From NCBI RefSeq assembly GCF_013315695.1, contig NZ_CP054353.1: a DNA stretch of 64,000 nucleotides. One strand, given 5' to 3'. Of this stretch, positions 12,553-22,008 are shown in pieces; position 1 is the first letter of the stretch, and every line of letters begins with the position of its first letter. A program made the position numbers and the translations under genes. Below the pieces are notes generated by a model. It searched no databases, had not been told where the DNA came from, and was given only the letters and a program-made list of their open reading frames with translations. Source of the stretch: Escherichia coli (GTDB lineage: Bacteria; Pseudomonadota; Gammaproteobacteria; Enterobacterales; Enterobacteriaceae).

Positions 12553-12840
12553 GTTGGAGTCATTACCTCAGCCATTTATCTGTTAAGGCCAACAAATAAA
12601 GTTCATTTTCAGCAAGCGGATGATGATAACGACGTGGCGGTATCGTTGGTTATTGCGTTGATTGTGGAAAATCCGCAGCAGCAATTGAAACTTTTACGCT
12701 GTTTATTTGGCAAGTTACAACAGCCCGATATCGTCGAGACACTAATTACTCTTCCTGAAACTCAGTTAAAGGAATACTTCACAAAGTATGTTTTAGATTC
12801 AGACGAATAAATCCCTCTGTAACAATAAAAAGGACTGTTT

Positions 12841-13125
12841 ATGAAACGCAAGATTATTGTCGCTTGCGGAGGCGCGGTTGCGACCTCCACGATGGCGGCG
12901 GAAGAAATTAAAGAGTTGTGTCAGAGTCATAATATTCCTGTTGAATTAATCCAGTGTCGGGTTAATGAAATAGAAACCTATATGGATGGCGTGCATTTGA
13001 TATGCACCACGGCCAAAGTGGATCGTAGTTTTGGCGATATTCCGTTAGTTCACGGCATGCCTTTTGTTTCTGGTGTCGGTATCGAAGCATTACAAAATAA
13101 AATTCTGACTATCTTACAGGGGTGA
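12841..13125 (+). CDS. gatB: Galactitol PTS EIIB component
   Basis: 94-aa ORF with PTS EIIB active-site cysteine context ([12 protein letters not shown]). Confidence 0.9.
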   Translation: MKRKIIVACGGAVATSTMAAEEIKELCQSHNIPVELIQCRVNEIETYMDGVHLICTTAKVDRSFGDIPLVHGMPFVSGVGIEALQNKILTILQG

Positions 13126-13128
13126 CCT

Positions 13129-14484
13129 ATGTTTTCAGAAGTCATGCGTTATATTCTCGACCTCGGCCCTACGGTGATGCTGCCGATTGTCATCATTATT
13201 TTTTCTAAAATATTAGGCATGAAGGCAGGCGATTGCTTTAAAGCGGGTCTGCATATCGGGATTGGCTTTGTTGGCATTGGCCTTGTGATTGGCTTAATGC
13301 TGGATTCCATTGGTCCGGCGGCGAAAGCGATGGCGGAAAATTTCGACCTGAATCTGCATGTGGTCGATGTCGGCTGGCCGGGCTCTTCACCCATGACCTG
13401 GGCGTCGCAAATTGCGCTGGTGGCGATTCCGATTGCGATTCTGGTTAACGTGGCGATGTTACTGACCCGTATGACGCGGGTGGTAAATGTTGATATCTGG
13501 AATATCTGGCATATGACCTTCACCGGCGCGTTGCTGCATCTGGCAACCGGTTCATGGATGATAGGGATGGCGGGTGTGGTAATTCACGCGGCGTTTGTTT
13601 ATAAGCTCGGCGACTGGTTTGCCCGCGATACCCGAAATTTCTTTGAGCTGGAAGGCATTGCCATCCCGCACGGTACGTCGGCGTATATGGGGCCAATTGC
13701 GGTGCTGGTGGATGCTATCATCGAGAAAATCCCAGGCGTTAACCGAATTAAATTTAGTGCCGACGATATTCAGCGCAAATTTGGTCCGTTTGGCGAGCCT
13801 GTCACCGTGGGTTTTGTGATGGGGCTGATTATCGGCATCCTCGCGGGTTACGATGTCAAAGGTGTATTGCAGCTGGCGGTAAAAACGGCGGCGGTTATGC
13901 TGCTGATGCCACGGGTGATTAAACCCATCATGGATGGTTTAACGCCCATCGCTAAGCAGGCCCGTAGTCGTTTACAGGCGAAGTTCGGCGGTCAGGAGTT
14001 CCTGATTGGCCTGGATCCCGCATTACTGCTGGGGCATACGGCGGTGGTATCGGCAAGCCTGATTTTTATCCCGCTCACCATTTTAATTGCTGTTTGTGTG
14101 CCGGGTAATCAGGTGCTGCCGTTTGGCGACCTTGCCACCATCGGCTTCTTTGTGGCGATGGCGGTCGCGGTGCATCGTGGAAATCTGTTCCGCACCTTAA
14201 TCTCGGGTGTCATCATTATGAGCATCACCCTGTGGATCGCGACGCAAACTATTGGTTTGCACACCCAACTGGCGGCTAATGCGGGCGCGTTAAAAGCCGG
14301 GGGTATGGTGGCTTCAATGGATCAGGGCGGTTCTCCCATTACCTGGTTACTGATTCAGGTTTTCTCCCCGCAAAATATTCCCGGTTTCATTATTATCGGC
14401 GCAATTTATCTGACCGGTATTTTCATGACCTGGCGTAGAGCGCGTGGTTTTATTAAACAAGAGAAAGCCGTTCTCGCAGAATAA
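13129..14484 (+). CDS. gatC: Galactitol PTS EIIC permease
   Basis: 451-aa polytopic membrane ORF following gatB. Confidence 0.9.
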   Translation: MFSEVMRYILDLGPTVMLPIVIIIFSKILGMKAGDCFKAGLHIGIGFVGIGLVIGLMLDSIGPAAKAMAENFDLNLHVVDVGWPGSSPMTWASQIALVAIPIAILVNVAMLLTRMTRVVNVDIWNIWHMTFTGALLHLATGSWMIGMAGVVIHAAFVYKLGDWFARDTRNFFELEGIAIPHGTSAYMGPIAVLVDAIIEKIPGVNRIKFSADDIQRKFGPFGEPVTVGFVMGLIIGILAGYDVKGVLQLAVKTAAVMLLMPRVIKPIMDGLTPIAKQARSRLQAKFGGQEFLIGLDPALLLGHTAVVSASLIFIPLTILIAVCVPGNQVLPFGDLATIGFFVAMAVAVHRGNLFRTLISGVIIMSITLWIATQTIGLHTQLAANAGALKAGGMVASMDQGGSPITWLLIQVFSPQNIPGFIIIGAIYLTGIFMTWRRARGFIKQEKAVLAE

Positions 14485-14531
14485 TTTTTACCTGAGGGGG
14501 AGGTTATCCCCCTTAACAATCAGGAGTTTTT

Positions 14532-15572
14532 ATGAAATCAGTGGTGAATGATACTGATGGTATCGTGCGCGTAGCAGAAAGCGTCATTCCTGAAATTAAA
14601 CATCAGGATGAGGTGCGGGTAAAAATTGCCAGCTCGGGCTTATGTGGTTCCGATTTACCCAGGATATTTAAAAATGGTGCACATTATTATCCAATAACGT
14701 TAGGCCATGAATTTAGCGGCTATATTGATGCGGTGGGATCCGGTATTGATGATTTACATCCCGGCGATGCGGTTGCCTGTGTGCCGTTATTACCCTGTTT
14801 TACTTGTCCAGAGTGTCTGAAAGGGTTTTATTCCCAGTGCGCAAAATATGATTTTATTGGCTCACGGCGTGATGGTGGATTTGCCGAATATATTGTCGTT
14901 AAGCGAAACAATGTCTTTGCACTACCTGCGGATATGCCTATTGAGGATGGCGCTTTTATTGAACCGATTACCGTTGGCCTGCATGCGTTCCATTTAGCGC
15001 AAGGATGTGAGAATAAAAACGTTATTATTATTGGTGCCGGAACCATTGGCCTGCTGGCAATTCAGTGCGCTGTCGCGCTGGGAGCAAAGAGTGTGACGGC
15101 TATCGACATTAGCTCAGAAAAACTGGCACTGGCAAAATCTTTCGGTGCGATGCAAACATTTAACAGCCGTGAAATGAGCGCGCCGCAAATACAGGGCGTT
15201 TTACGCGAGCTGCGCTTTAATCAGCTTATCCTCGAGACGGCTGGCGTCCCGCAAACCGTCGAACTGGCGGTAGAGATTGCCGGTCCTCATGCCCAACTGG
15301 CGCTGGTGGGCACGTTGCATCAGGATCTGCATTTAACATCGGCAACGTTTGGCAAAATATTGCGTAAAGAGCTGACGGTGATTGGCAGTTGGATGAACTA
15401 CTCCAGCCCTTGGCCGGGGCAGGAGTGGGAAACGGCGAGCCGGTTGCTGACAGAACGTAAGTTAAGCCTGGAGCCATTAATCGCTCACCGTGGAAGCTTT
15501 GAAAGCTTCGCCCAGGCGGTGCGTGACATCGCTCGTAATGCTATGCCGGGCAAAGTGTTGCTCATTCCCTGA
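14532..15572 (+). CDS. gatD: Galactitol-1-phosphate 5-dehydrogenase (Zn-dependent, MDR family)
   Basis: 346-aa ORF with zinc-ADH motifs (GHEFSG; GAGTIGL Rossmann fold). Confidence 0.9.
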   Translation: MKSVVNDTDGIVRVAESVIPEIKHQDEVRVKIASSGLCGSDLPRIFKNGAHYYPITLGHEFSGYIDAVGSGIDDLHPGDAVACVPLLPCFTCPECLKGFYSQCAKYDFIGSRRDGGFAEYIVVKRNNVFALPADMPIEDGAFIEPITVGLHAFHLAQGCENKNVIIIGAGTIGLLAIQCAVALGAKSVTAIDISSEKLALAKSFGAMQTFNSREMSAPQIQGVLRELRFNQLILETAGVPQTVELAVEIAGPHAQLALVGTLHQDLHLTSATFGKILRKELTVIGSWMNYSSPWPGQEWETASRLLTERKLSLEPLIAHRGSFESFAQAVRDIARNAMPGKVLLIP

Positions 15573-15677
15573 AACCGCGGGCCAGCGTGATGCTGGCCCG
15601 GTATTGTGCAAAACAGATCATTCACCAATGGTCCCCCTTCGTTTACACTAGCCACAATTGAATATGGGTAAATGACG

Positions 15678-16451
15678 ATGAATTCATTCGAGCGAAGGAA
15701 TAAGATCATCCAATTAGTGAATGAACAGGGAACCGTGCTTGTTCAGGATCTGGCGGGAGTATTTGCTGCCTCGGAAGCGACAATCCGTGCCGATTTGCGC
15801 TTTCTCGAACAAAAAGGCGTGGTTACGCGCTTTCATGGCGGTGCGGCGAAAATAATGTCCGGTAATAGTGAAACCGAGACCCAGGAAGTCGGGTTTAAAG
15901 AGCGATTTCAGCTCGCCAGCGCGCCAAAAAACAGAATAGCGCAGGCGGCAGTCAAAATGATCCACGAAGGGATGACCGTTATTCTCGACAGCGGAAGTAC
16001 GACAATGCTTATCGCCGAAGGATTAATGACCGCCAAAAATATCACGGTGATTACCAACAGTCTCCCGGCAGCATTTGCCCTTTCCGAAAATAAAGACATT
16101 ACTCTGGTCGTCTGCGGTGGCACGGTCCGCCATAAAACGCGCTCGATGCATGGCTCCATTGCTGAGCGTTCATTGCAGGATATTAATGCCGATTTAATGT
16201 TTGTCGGTGCTGATGGTATTGATGCGGTTAATGGTATTACGACCTTTAATGAAGGCTATTCGATTAGCGGGGCGATGGTCACAGCCGCAAATAAAGTGAT
16301 TGCCGTTCTCGATTCATCGAAATTTAATCGTCGCGGTTTTAATCAGGTACTGCCAATCGAAAAAATTGACATTATTATTACCGATGATGCTGTGTCTGAG
16401 GTGGATAAACTGGCATTGCAGAAGACACGGGTAAAATTAATTACGGTGTAG
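15678..16451 (+). CDS. gatR: DeoR-family repressor of the gat operon, apparently intact
   Basis: ORF 15672..16451 (259 aa) uninterrupted; N-terminal DeoR HTH and C-terminal sugar-phosphate-binding domain. Start codon choice uncertain. Confidence 0.8.
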   Translation: MNSFERRNKIIQLVNEQGTVLVQDLAGVFAASEATIRADLRFLEQKGVVTRFHGGAAKIMSGNSETETQEVGFKERFQLASAPKNRIAQAAVKMIHEGMTVILDSGSTTMLIAEGLMTAKNITVITNSLPAAFALSENKDITLVVCGGTVRHKTRSMHGSIAERSLQDINADLMFVGADGIDAVNGITTFNEGYSISGAMVTAANKVIAVLDSSKFNRRGFNQVLPIEKIDIIITDDAVSEVDKLALQKTRVKLITV

Positions 16452-16460
16452 TATTGTTCT

Positions 16461-16496
16461 GTATGCCGGATAAGGTGTTTACACCGCATCCGGCAT
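16461..16496. repeat. REP (repetitive extragenic palindromic) element
   Basis: GTATGCCGGATAAGGTGTTTACACCGCATCCGGCAT, the typical REP consensus, between convergent gatR and yegS. Confidence 0.7.
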
Positions 16497-16532
16497 TACG
16501 GATTCTCCCTGGTTCAACAGAGAATAGTTTGA

Positions 16533-17432
16533 TTAACGCAATAATGGACAATCTGGTGGTAATCGACAACGCAACGCCGCCGGAAGTATTTCAATATGGA
16601 AGTTTTGCCCACTCAACGGTTCGCCATCAAGATTAAAAGTGATTTCGTGTGGGGCTTGTATATCAAACCACGACGAAGCGCCTTCGATAATATTCGGGTT
16701 ATCTTCGTCAGATTTTAAGGTTGATACGAGAGCCGGAAGAATTTCATCGCCGGTAAAAATGCGCAGTTGCAGCAAGCCATCGTTAATTAACGCGTTCGGG
16801 CACAATTGCTGACCGCCACCGGCCTGACGCCCGTTACCAATACCAATGACCAGGGCGTCACCTTGCCAGTGAAAGTTTTCACCGCGGATTTCACAACGGT
16901 CCGGTTGCAGAGTATCCATGCGCATTAAGCCATGAATGATGTAAGAGACGCCACCCAGCGCGGCTTTTAATTTTTCCGGCGTTTCTGTGGTAATACGCGT
17001 CCCAAATCCGCCTGTCGCCATATTAATAAAACAGGTTTGTTTGTTGACCTGCGCTATATCTATCGCAATGGCGTTACCGGCAATTGCCAGTTTCAGCGCC
17101 TTATCCAGTGCCTCAGGAATCCCTACACTGGTGGCAAAATCATTGGCGGTTCCTAATGGCAAAATTCCCAGCGCGGGTATGTCATCCCCCTCACACTGAA
17201 TCAACGCCGTAGAAACTTCATTAATGGTGCCATCGCCACCACCGGCAATCACCGTTGCGACGCCCAACTTCCGGGCCTCCTCTACATATCGTGCGGCATC
17301 GCCTTTCTCCCAGGTGACCCGCACATGGATCGTCATTCCTTCCTCACGCAACAGCATAATTGCTTCGCGCAGGGGTAGATTGTCAGTACTTTTGCCATTA
17401 AGAATCAGTAAGCTGGCGGGAAATTCTGCCAT
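16533..17432 (-). CDS. yegS: Lipid kinase (diacylglycerol kinase catalytic domain family)
   Basis: 299-aa ORF with DAGK_cat motifs (GGDGT); K-12-like synteny. Confidence 0.85.
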   Translation of the reverse strand: MAEFPASLLILNGKSTDNLPLREAIMLLREEGMTIHVRVTWEKGDAARYVEEARKLGVATVIAGGGDGTINEVSTALIQCEGDDIPALGILPLGTANDFATSVGIPEALDKALKLAIAGNAIAIDIAQVNKQTCFINMATGGFGTRITTETPEKLKAALGGVSYIIHGLMRMDTLQPDRCEIRGENFHWQGDALVIGIGNGRQAGGGQQLCPNALINDGLLQLRIFTGDEILPALVSTLKSDEDNPNIIEGASSWFDIQAPHEITFNLDGEPLSGQNFHIEILPAALRCRLPPDCPLLR

Positions 17433-17846
17433 GATCGTATGTGCCTTTATGATTGGTCTGTAGATAGTGTAGAGCAGAAAAGAAAAGGTAGAGTCAGAAC
17501 AGGATGAAAGTCGGAGGATAAAAAGTCAGTTCAAGTATGGAAGATTCAGTGGTTACCACCAGGAGCTTGCAATGGGGACAGCGAATACTAACGGCAGCCA
17601 CCGATAAATTTCAAAAAAGAGCATATACCTAATATTCAACTAAACAGTGGCATCTTCAATATACTATTAAAAATATATTAACCCCCCCATGGGGTTACCC
17701 GGAAGGGCATCCGTGTCTGTAATTCCTACTTATGTAGGAAATGTTGTACAGAACATTTATTATAATCCTATTCAAATATAATAATCATGCCATTATTATA
17801 TTTAAACACCAGAGCGTGTCGTTGGTATTTAATGGGGGAAGGTAAG

Positions 17847-18164
17847 ATGAAAAAGATAGCTGCTATATCATTAATTAGTGTTTTTCTTATGTCTGGTTGT
17901 GCTGTGCATAATGATGAGACAAGTATCGGTAAATTTGGCCTTGCATATAAAAGTAATATTCAGCGTAAACTCGATAACCAATACTACACCGAAGCCGAAG
18001 CTTCTTTAGCCAGGGGCAGAATTTCTGGTGCAGAAAATATAGTAAAAAATGATGCAGCTCATTTCTGTGTTACTCAGGGAAAAAAAATGCAGATAGTTGA
18101 CCTGAAGACAGAAGGTGCAGGATTACATGGCGTCGCTCGTCTGACATTCAAATGTGGAGAGTGA
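17847..18164 (+). CDS. yegR: Small lipoprotein
   Basis: Start placed at MKKIAAISLISVFLMSGC (lipobox LMSGC) within ORF 17787..18164; 105 aa. Confidence 0.7.
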   Translation: MKKIAAISLISVFLMSGCAVHNDETSIGKFGLAYKSNIQRKLDNQYYTEAEASLARGRISGAENIVKNDAAHFCVTQGKKMQIVDLKTEGAGLHGVARLTFKCGE

Positions 18165-18324
18165 GAATATTTTTTGGTAAGCGTCAAATATGCGCGTTCT
18201 GGCTGTGCGTAGCCGGAACCTGTGGGAGCACGATGCCGATAAGTGAAAGGCATCGTGCTATGAAGGAGGATTCTATCGATGTGGTCAATGGAAGATGGTT
18301 ACCAGGATACGACGGCTTATGCAT

Positions 18325-18411
18325 AAAAAATAAGCCCGTGTAAGGGAGATTACACAGGCTAAGGAGGTGGTTCCTGGTACAGCTAGCATTTTATGGGTTA
18401 TGTTTTTCAGC
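18325..18411 (-). ncRNA. cyaR: CyaR (RyeE) Hfq-dependent small RNA
   Basis: Minus-strand sequence GCTGAAAAACATAACCCATAAAATGCTAGCTGTACCAGGAACCACCTCCTTAGCCTGTGTAATCTCCCTTACACGGGCTTATTTTTT matches CyaR as I recall it, including the terminal hairpin and U-run. Confidence 0.85.
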
Positions 18412-18495
18412 GAAACGGATGATAACCTTAATAAATGCAGCTGTATGTGATCGGTTTCTAAGAATTTTCCATCCGGGAAAAATAATCGAAATTAA

Positions 18496-19857
18496 TCACT
18501 TACCGTGGGGGTTACGCGTGGTTTCCCCGGAGAAATTACGCATCAGCAGCGCGTAATTTAGCTCAAGATCCTGCGGGACCGGGATCCACACAGTATAACC
18601 ATCGCCTGGTGCGACCGGCATTGCTTCGCCTTTGGCGTTTTCCATATGCTCAAGGGTAAAGTTAATGTTCCCTTGCGGCGTCATCAGCTCAAGGCTGTCG
18701 CCAACGGAGAATTTATTTTTCACCGCTACCGCCGCGAGGTCGCCCTTGCGCTCACCGGTAAACTCACCAACAAACTGCTGGCGGTCAGAAACTGAATAAC
18801 CGTATTCGTAGTTCTGATAATCGTCGTGAGTATGACGACGCAGGAAACCTTCGGTATAGCCACGATGCGCCAGACCTTCCAGAGTTTCCAGCAGGCTGGT
18901 ATCGAATGGTTTTCCCGCAGCTGCGTCATCGATAGCTTTACGGTAAACCTGCGCGGTGCGTGCGCAATAGTAGAAAGATTTTGTACGACCTTCGATTTTC
19001 AGCGAATGCACGCCCATTTTGGTCAGGCGTTCAACGTGGGCGATAGCGCGCAGATCTTTCGAGTTCATGATGTAAGTGCCGTGCTCATCTTCAAACGCAG
19101 TCATATACTCGCCCGGACGCTGAGCTTCTTCGATCATAAACACTTTGTCGGTTGGCGCGCCGATACCCAGCGTCGGCTCAACATTTTGCACCGGAATCGG
19201 CTCGTACTTATGTACGATGTTGCCAACATCATCTTCTTTCCCTTCCTGGACGTTGTACTCCCAGCGGCAGGCGTTGGTGCAGGTGCCCTGGTTCGGGTCG
19301 CGCTTGTTGATATAGCCAGAGAGCAGGCAGCGACCGGAGTAGGCCATGCACAGCGCGCCGTGAACGAAGATTTCGATCTCCATATCCGGCACCTGATTGC
19401 GGATCTCTTCAATCTCTTCCAGCGACAGCTCGCGAGAGAGGATCACGCGGGTCAGGCCCATTTGCTGCCAGAATTTCACCGTCGCCCAGTTCACGGCGTT
19501 AGCCTGCACCGAGAGGTGGATCGGCATTTCAGGGAAGTGCTCGCGCACCAGCATAATCAGCCCTGGATCGGACATAATCAGCGCATCCGGCCCCATCTCC
19601 ACCACCGGTTTCAGGTCACGGATAAAGGTTTTCAGCTTGGCGTTGTGCGGTGCAATGTTGACCACGACATAAAACTTTTTCCCCAGCGCGTGGGCTTCAT
19701 TGATGCCGAGCTGAAGATTTTCGTGGTTGAATTCGTTGTTGCGCACACGCAGGGAGTAACGTGGCTGGCCCGCATAAACAGCATCTGCGCCATAAGCGAA
19801 AGCGTAACGCATATTTTTCAGCGTTCCCGCCGGGGAAAGGAGTTCCGGTTTAAACAT
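18496..19857 (-). CDS. yegQ: Peptidase U32 family protein
   Basis: 453-aa ORF recognised as YegQ; adjacent to cyaR as in K-12. Confidence 0.85.
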   Translation of the reverse strand: MFKPELLSPAGTLKNMRYAFAYGADAVYAGQPRYSLRVRNNEFNHENLQLGINEAHALGKKFYVVVNIAPHNAKLKTFIRDLKPVVEMGPDALIMSDPGLIMLVREHFPEMPIHLSVQANAVNWATVKFWQQMGLTRVILSRELSLEEIEEIRNQVPDMEIEIFVHGALCMAYSGRCLLSGYINKRDPNQGTCTNACRWEYNVQEGKEDDVGNIVHKYEPIPVQNVEPTLGIGAPTDKVFMIEEAQRPGEYMTAFEDEHGTYIMNSKDLRAIAHVERLTKMGVHSLKIEGRTKSFYYCARTAQVYRKAIDDAAAGKPFDTSLLETLEGLAHRGYTEGFLRRHTHDDYQNYEYGYSVSDRQQFVGEFTGERKGDLAAVAVKNKFSVGDSLELMTPQGNINFTLEHMENAKGEAMPVAPGDGYTVWIPVPQDLELNYALLMRNFSGETTRNPHGK

Positions 19858-19959
19858 AATTCTCTCGTTCTGATGACAGGTCAGATCCGCTTCACCTGAT
19901 GAAGCGGTTAGGGGAGTGCCCCCACTTTAAGGGCGGGCATTGTAGCGCAATCGGCGGGT

Positions 19960-20256
19960 TTAGCTCCAGTGTAAATGTCTGGAGGCGTCCTGGTTTTGGT
20001 TAAGGATACGAATGACGATAATTTCCTCTGGCGATTGCAGGAAATAAATTACGTGGCGTTCAAAAGGAAGAACAAAAATACCTTCGCCTAATTCAGGTCT
20101 GGGCGTACCTATATTATTGTTACTCAGAATCTGGAGAACGTCTGAAAGATGTTCCACATATCTGTCGGCTTGTGGTTCGCCGAAATGGTGATAGCTGTAA
20201 TACCAGATGCCTTCTAAATCCTCATTGGCTTTTGGCATGAGTTTTATAGTACGCAC
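19960..20256 (-). CDS. ParE-like type II toxin (RelE/ParE superfamily)
   Basis: 98-aa ORF directly downstream of a ParD-like ORF with a 1-nt gap; C-terminal ParE-like signature (IIVIRILNQNQD). Confidence 0.65.
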   Translation of the reverse strand: MRTIKLMPKANEDLEGIWYYSYHHFGEPQADRYVEHLSDVLQILSNNNIGTPRPELGEGIFVLPFERHVIYFLQSPEEIIVIRILNQNQDASRHLHWS

Positions 20257-20257
20257 A

Positions 20258-20509
20258 TTATTTCCTTATCCCTGCTTTCACCTTCCGTAAAAACGCGTCC
20301 TTTTCCCACGGCTGAGCTTCACCACTACTCAACCCTTCAGCGAGCATGTCACGTAACGCTTGCAGGCGAGACTCTGCTTGCTTTTCTCGAAGTAAGCGCA
20401 GCGACTCACGGATCACTTCGCTTTGGGTGCGATAGTCGCCGGATTCAATTAAGGACTCGATAAATTCACGCAACTCATCGCCGAGATCAACCGTCATCGT
20501 TCTGGCCAT
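20258..20509 (-). CDS. ParD-like antitoxin (ribbon-helix-helix)
   Basis: Start placed at MARTMTVDLGDELREFIESLIESGDYRTQSEVIRESLRLL (about 83 aa); RHH fold typical of ParD/CopG antitoxins. Confidence 0.65.
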   Translation of the reverse strand: MARTMTVDLGDELREFIESLIESGDYRTQSEVIRESLRLLREKQAESRLQALRDMLAEGLSSGEAQPWEKDAFLRKVKAGIRK

Positions 20510-20762
20510 TTTACACCCGCCTGTAAGTAAAAATCTTACATCAGTGTATTTCATAAACCGGATAGCGTCACGAAAGTATTAGAAGATATTTTGGCATATG
20601 AACATGTTCAGGAAGATAAGTATGGGATGGTAAACAAAGAAAGCACAACGAGTGCTCGTCAGTGCCCACTATTTTAATGGCGGAGGTTAATCTTAATTAT
20701 CAATAACTAAGAGTTGTTTTGATATAAAGCCGGACGCCAACAACCCACGCCCGGCATCGTAA

Positions 20763-21095
20763 TTACGTATTGTCTTTTACCGTCTGGCTTGTGCCATTGG
20801 CTTTAACGGAGGCAATTCCGGTTTCACGAGATTGCGCGGTGGCGTACATCTGGCTGGAGCCGATAATTTGATGATTGGCGGCTTTCAGATTGAAATAGAA
20901 TTTGCCGTTACTTGCCGTTTTTTTCTCATAGCGTTCTTCTTGCGGGCTGTTGCTACGTACCGACGCGATGCCCTTTTCCGCAGAGGCTTTTGAGGTATAC
21001 AGCTCGCTGGTGAGGATAGTCTCACCATTGCCCGCTTTTAGCACAAACCGGAATTGATTATCACTGCTCTTACTGAGTTCAAACCAACCAGCCAT
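20763..21095 (-). CDS. yegP: DUF1508/YegP-family protein
   Basis: Start at MAGWFELSK (110 aa); internal duplication of the YegP repeat. Confidence 0.75.
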   Translation of the reverse strand: MAGWFELSKSSDNQFRFVLKAGNGETILTSELYTSKASAEKGIASVRSNSPQEERYEKKTASNGKFYFNLKAANHQIIGSSQMYATAQSRETGIASVKANGTSQTVKDNT

Positions 21096-21285
21096 AATGA
21101 CTCCTTGATTGAAATTGCGTATCGAAAACAGCATCTAAAAGGACTGTTTGCCGATTAAAGTATGAGCGATTTTCAGGTGCTTGCCAGGGCGGAGAGATAA
21201 TGTCAGTTTGCTGACCATGCGTGGGATAATGTTGCCGGATCTGGTCTGAATGCCATCTCCGGCTAACAAAGTCATGTCGCTAAAA

Positions 21286-22008
21286 CTAAACGATGCGGCA
21301 AGCGTCGGCTTCCCAGCGATAACCGACACCGTAGACGGCGCGGATAAAAGACTGCTCTTCGTCCAGAGCTTCCAGCTTGCGGCGCAGGTTTTTAATGTGG
21401 CTGTCGATGGTGCGGTCGGTTACTACGCGGTAGTCGTCATAAAGATGGTTCAGCAACTGCTCGCGGGAGAACACTTTTCCTGGTTCATGAGAGAGCGTTT
21501 TCAGCAGACGAAATTCCGCAGGCGTCAGGTCAAGCATTTTTCCGCGCCATGAAGCCTGAAAACGACCTTCGTCGATAATCAACGGGCTTTCAGCATCCTG
21601 TTGCTGCAACTCGCGCTGCGGTTTGCAACGGCGCAAAATGGTTTTGACGCGCGCTACCACTTCCCGTGGGCTGTACGGCTTACAGATATAATCATCTGCG
21701 CCAATCTCCAGTCCGAGCAGGCGGTCGATCTCTTCGATTTTTGCTGTCACCATCACGATCGGAATGTCAGAAAAACGACGAATCTCCCGACACAACGTCA
21801 GGCCATCGGTGCCAGGGAGCATCAGATCCAACAGGATCAGATCCGGTGGTGTCTGGCGCACATATGGCAGTACCTGATCGCCGTGGCTGATAAGCGTCGG
21901 CGCATAGCTCGCAGCACGCAGATAATCAATGAGTAACTGTCCCAGCTTCGGTTCATCTTCCACGATCAAAATACGCGGTGTGTTTTCGTCGATTGGTAAC
22001 TCGGTCAT
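21286..22008 (-). CDS. baeR: Response regulator BaeR (OmpR family)
   Basis: 240-aa ORF with receiver domain ([10 protein letters not shown]...DLMLPG) and winged-helix output domain; overlaps baeS by 4 nt. Confidence 0.9.
   Translation of the reverse strand: MTELPIDENTPRILIVEDEPKLGQLLIDYLRAASYAPTLISHGDQVLPYVRQTPPDLILLDLMLPGTDGLTLCREIRRFSDIPIVMVTAKIEEIDRLLGLEIGADDYICKPYSPREVVARVKTILRRCKPQRELQQQDAESPLIIDEGRFQASWRGKMLDLTPAEFRLLKTLSHEPGKVFSREQLLNHLYDDYRVVTDRTIDSHIKNLRRKLEALDEEQSFIRAVYGVGYRWEADACRIV

Larger units (their letters stand above)
11800..12567 (+). mobile_element. IS1 insertion sequence, complete 768 bp, copy 2 (inside gatA)
   Basis: Starts GGTGATGCTGCCAACTTACTGAT, ends ATCAATAAGTTGGAGTCATTACC; 9-bp target-site duplication TCAGCCATT at 11791..11799 and 12568..12576; A6C frameshift motif at 12105..12111. 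Confidence 0.95.
11581..12810 (+). pseudogene. gatA: Galactitol PTS EIIA component, interrupted by IS1 after codon 73
   Basis: N-terminal 73 codons (11581..11799) read into the IS1 terminal repeat; removing IS1 and one copy of the target duplication gives an in-frame continuation 12577..12810, total 150 aa. Confidence 0.85.

Noticed and set aside
15576-15600. Hairpin CGGGCCAGC-GTGATG-CTGGCCCG after gatD as a rho-independent terminator
   Set aside because: Good stem but no following U-tract (GTATTGTG), so it is at best a weak terminator or RNA stability element; not reported as a feature.
17723-17740. Small palindrome TTCCTACTTATGTAGGAA in the yegS-yegR intergenic region
   Set aside because: Short (7-bp arms) and in a long AT-rich spacer; cannot be tied to a known operator and could arise by chance.
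18826-19899. 357-aa plus-strand ORF overlapping yegQ
   Set aside because: Completely antisense to the peptidase U32 gene; histidine/arginine-rich low-complexity translation typical of an antisense frame.
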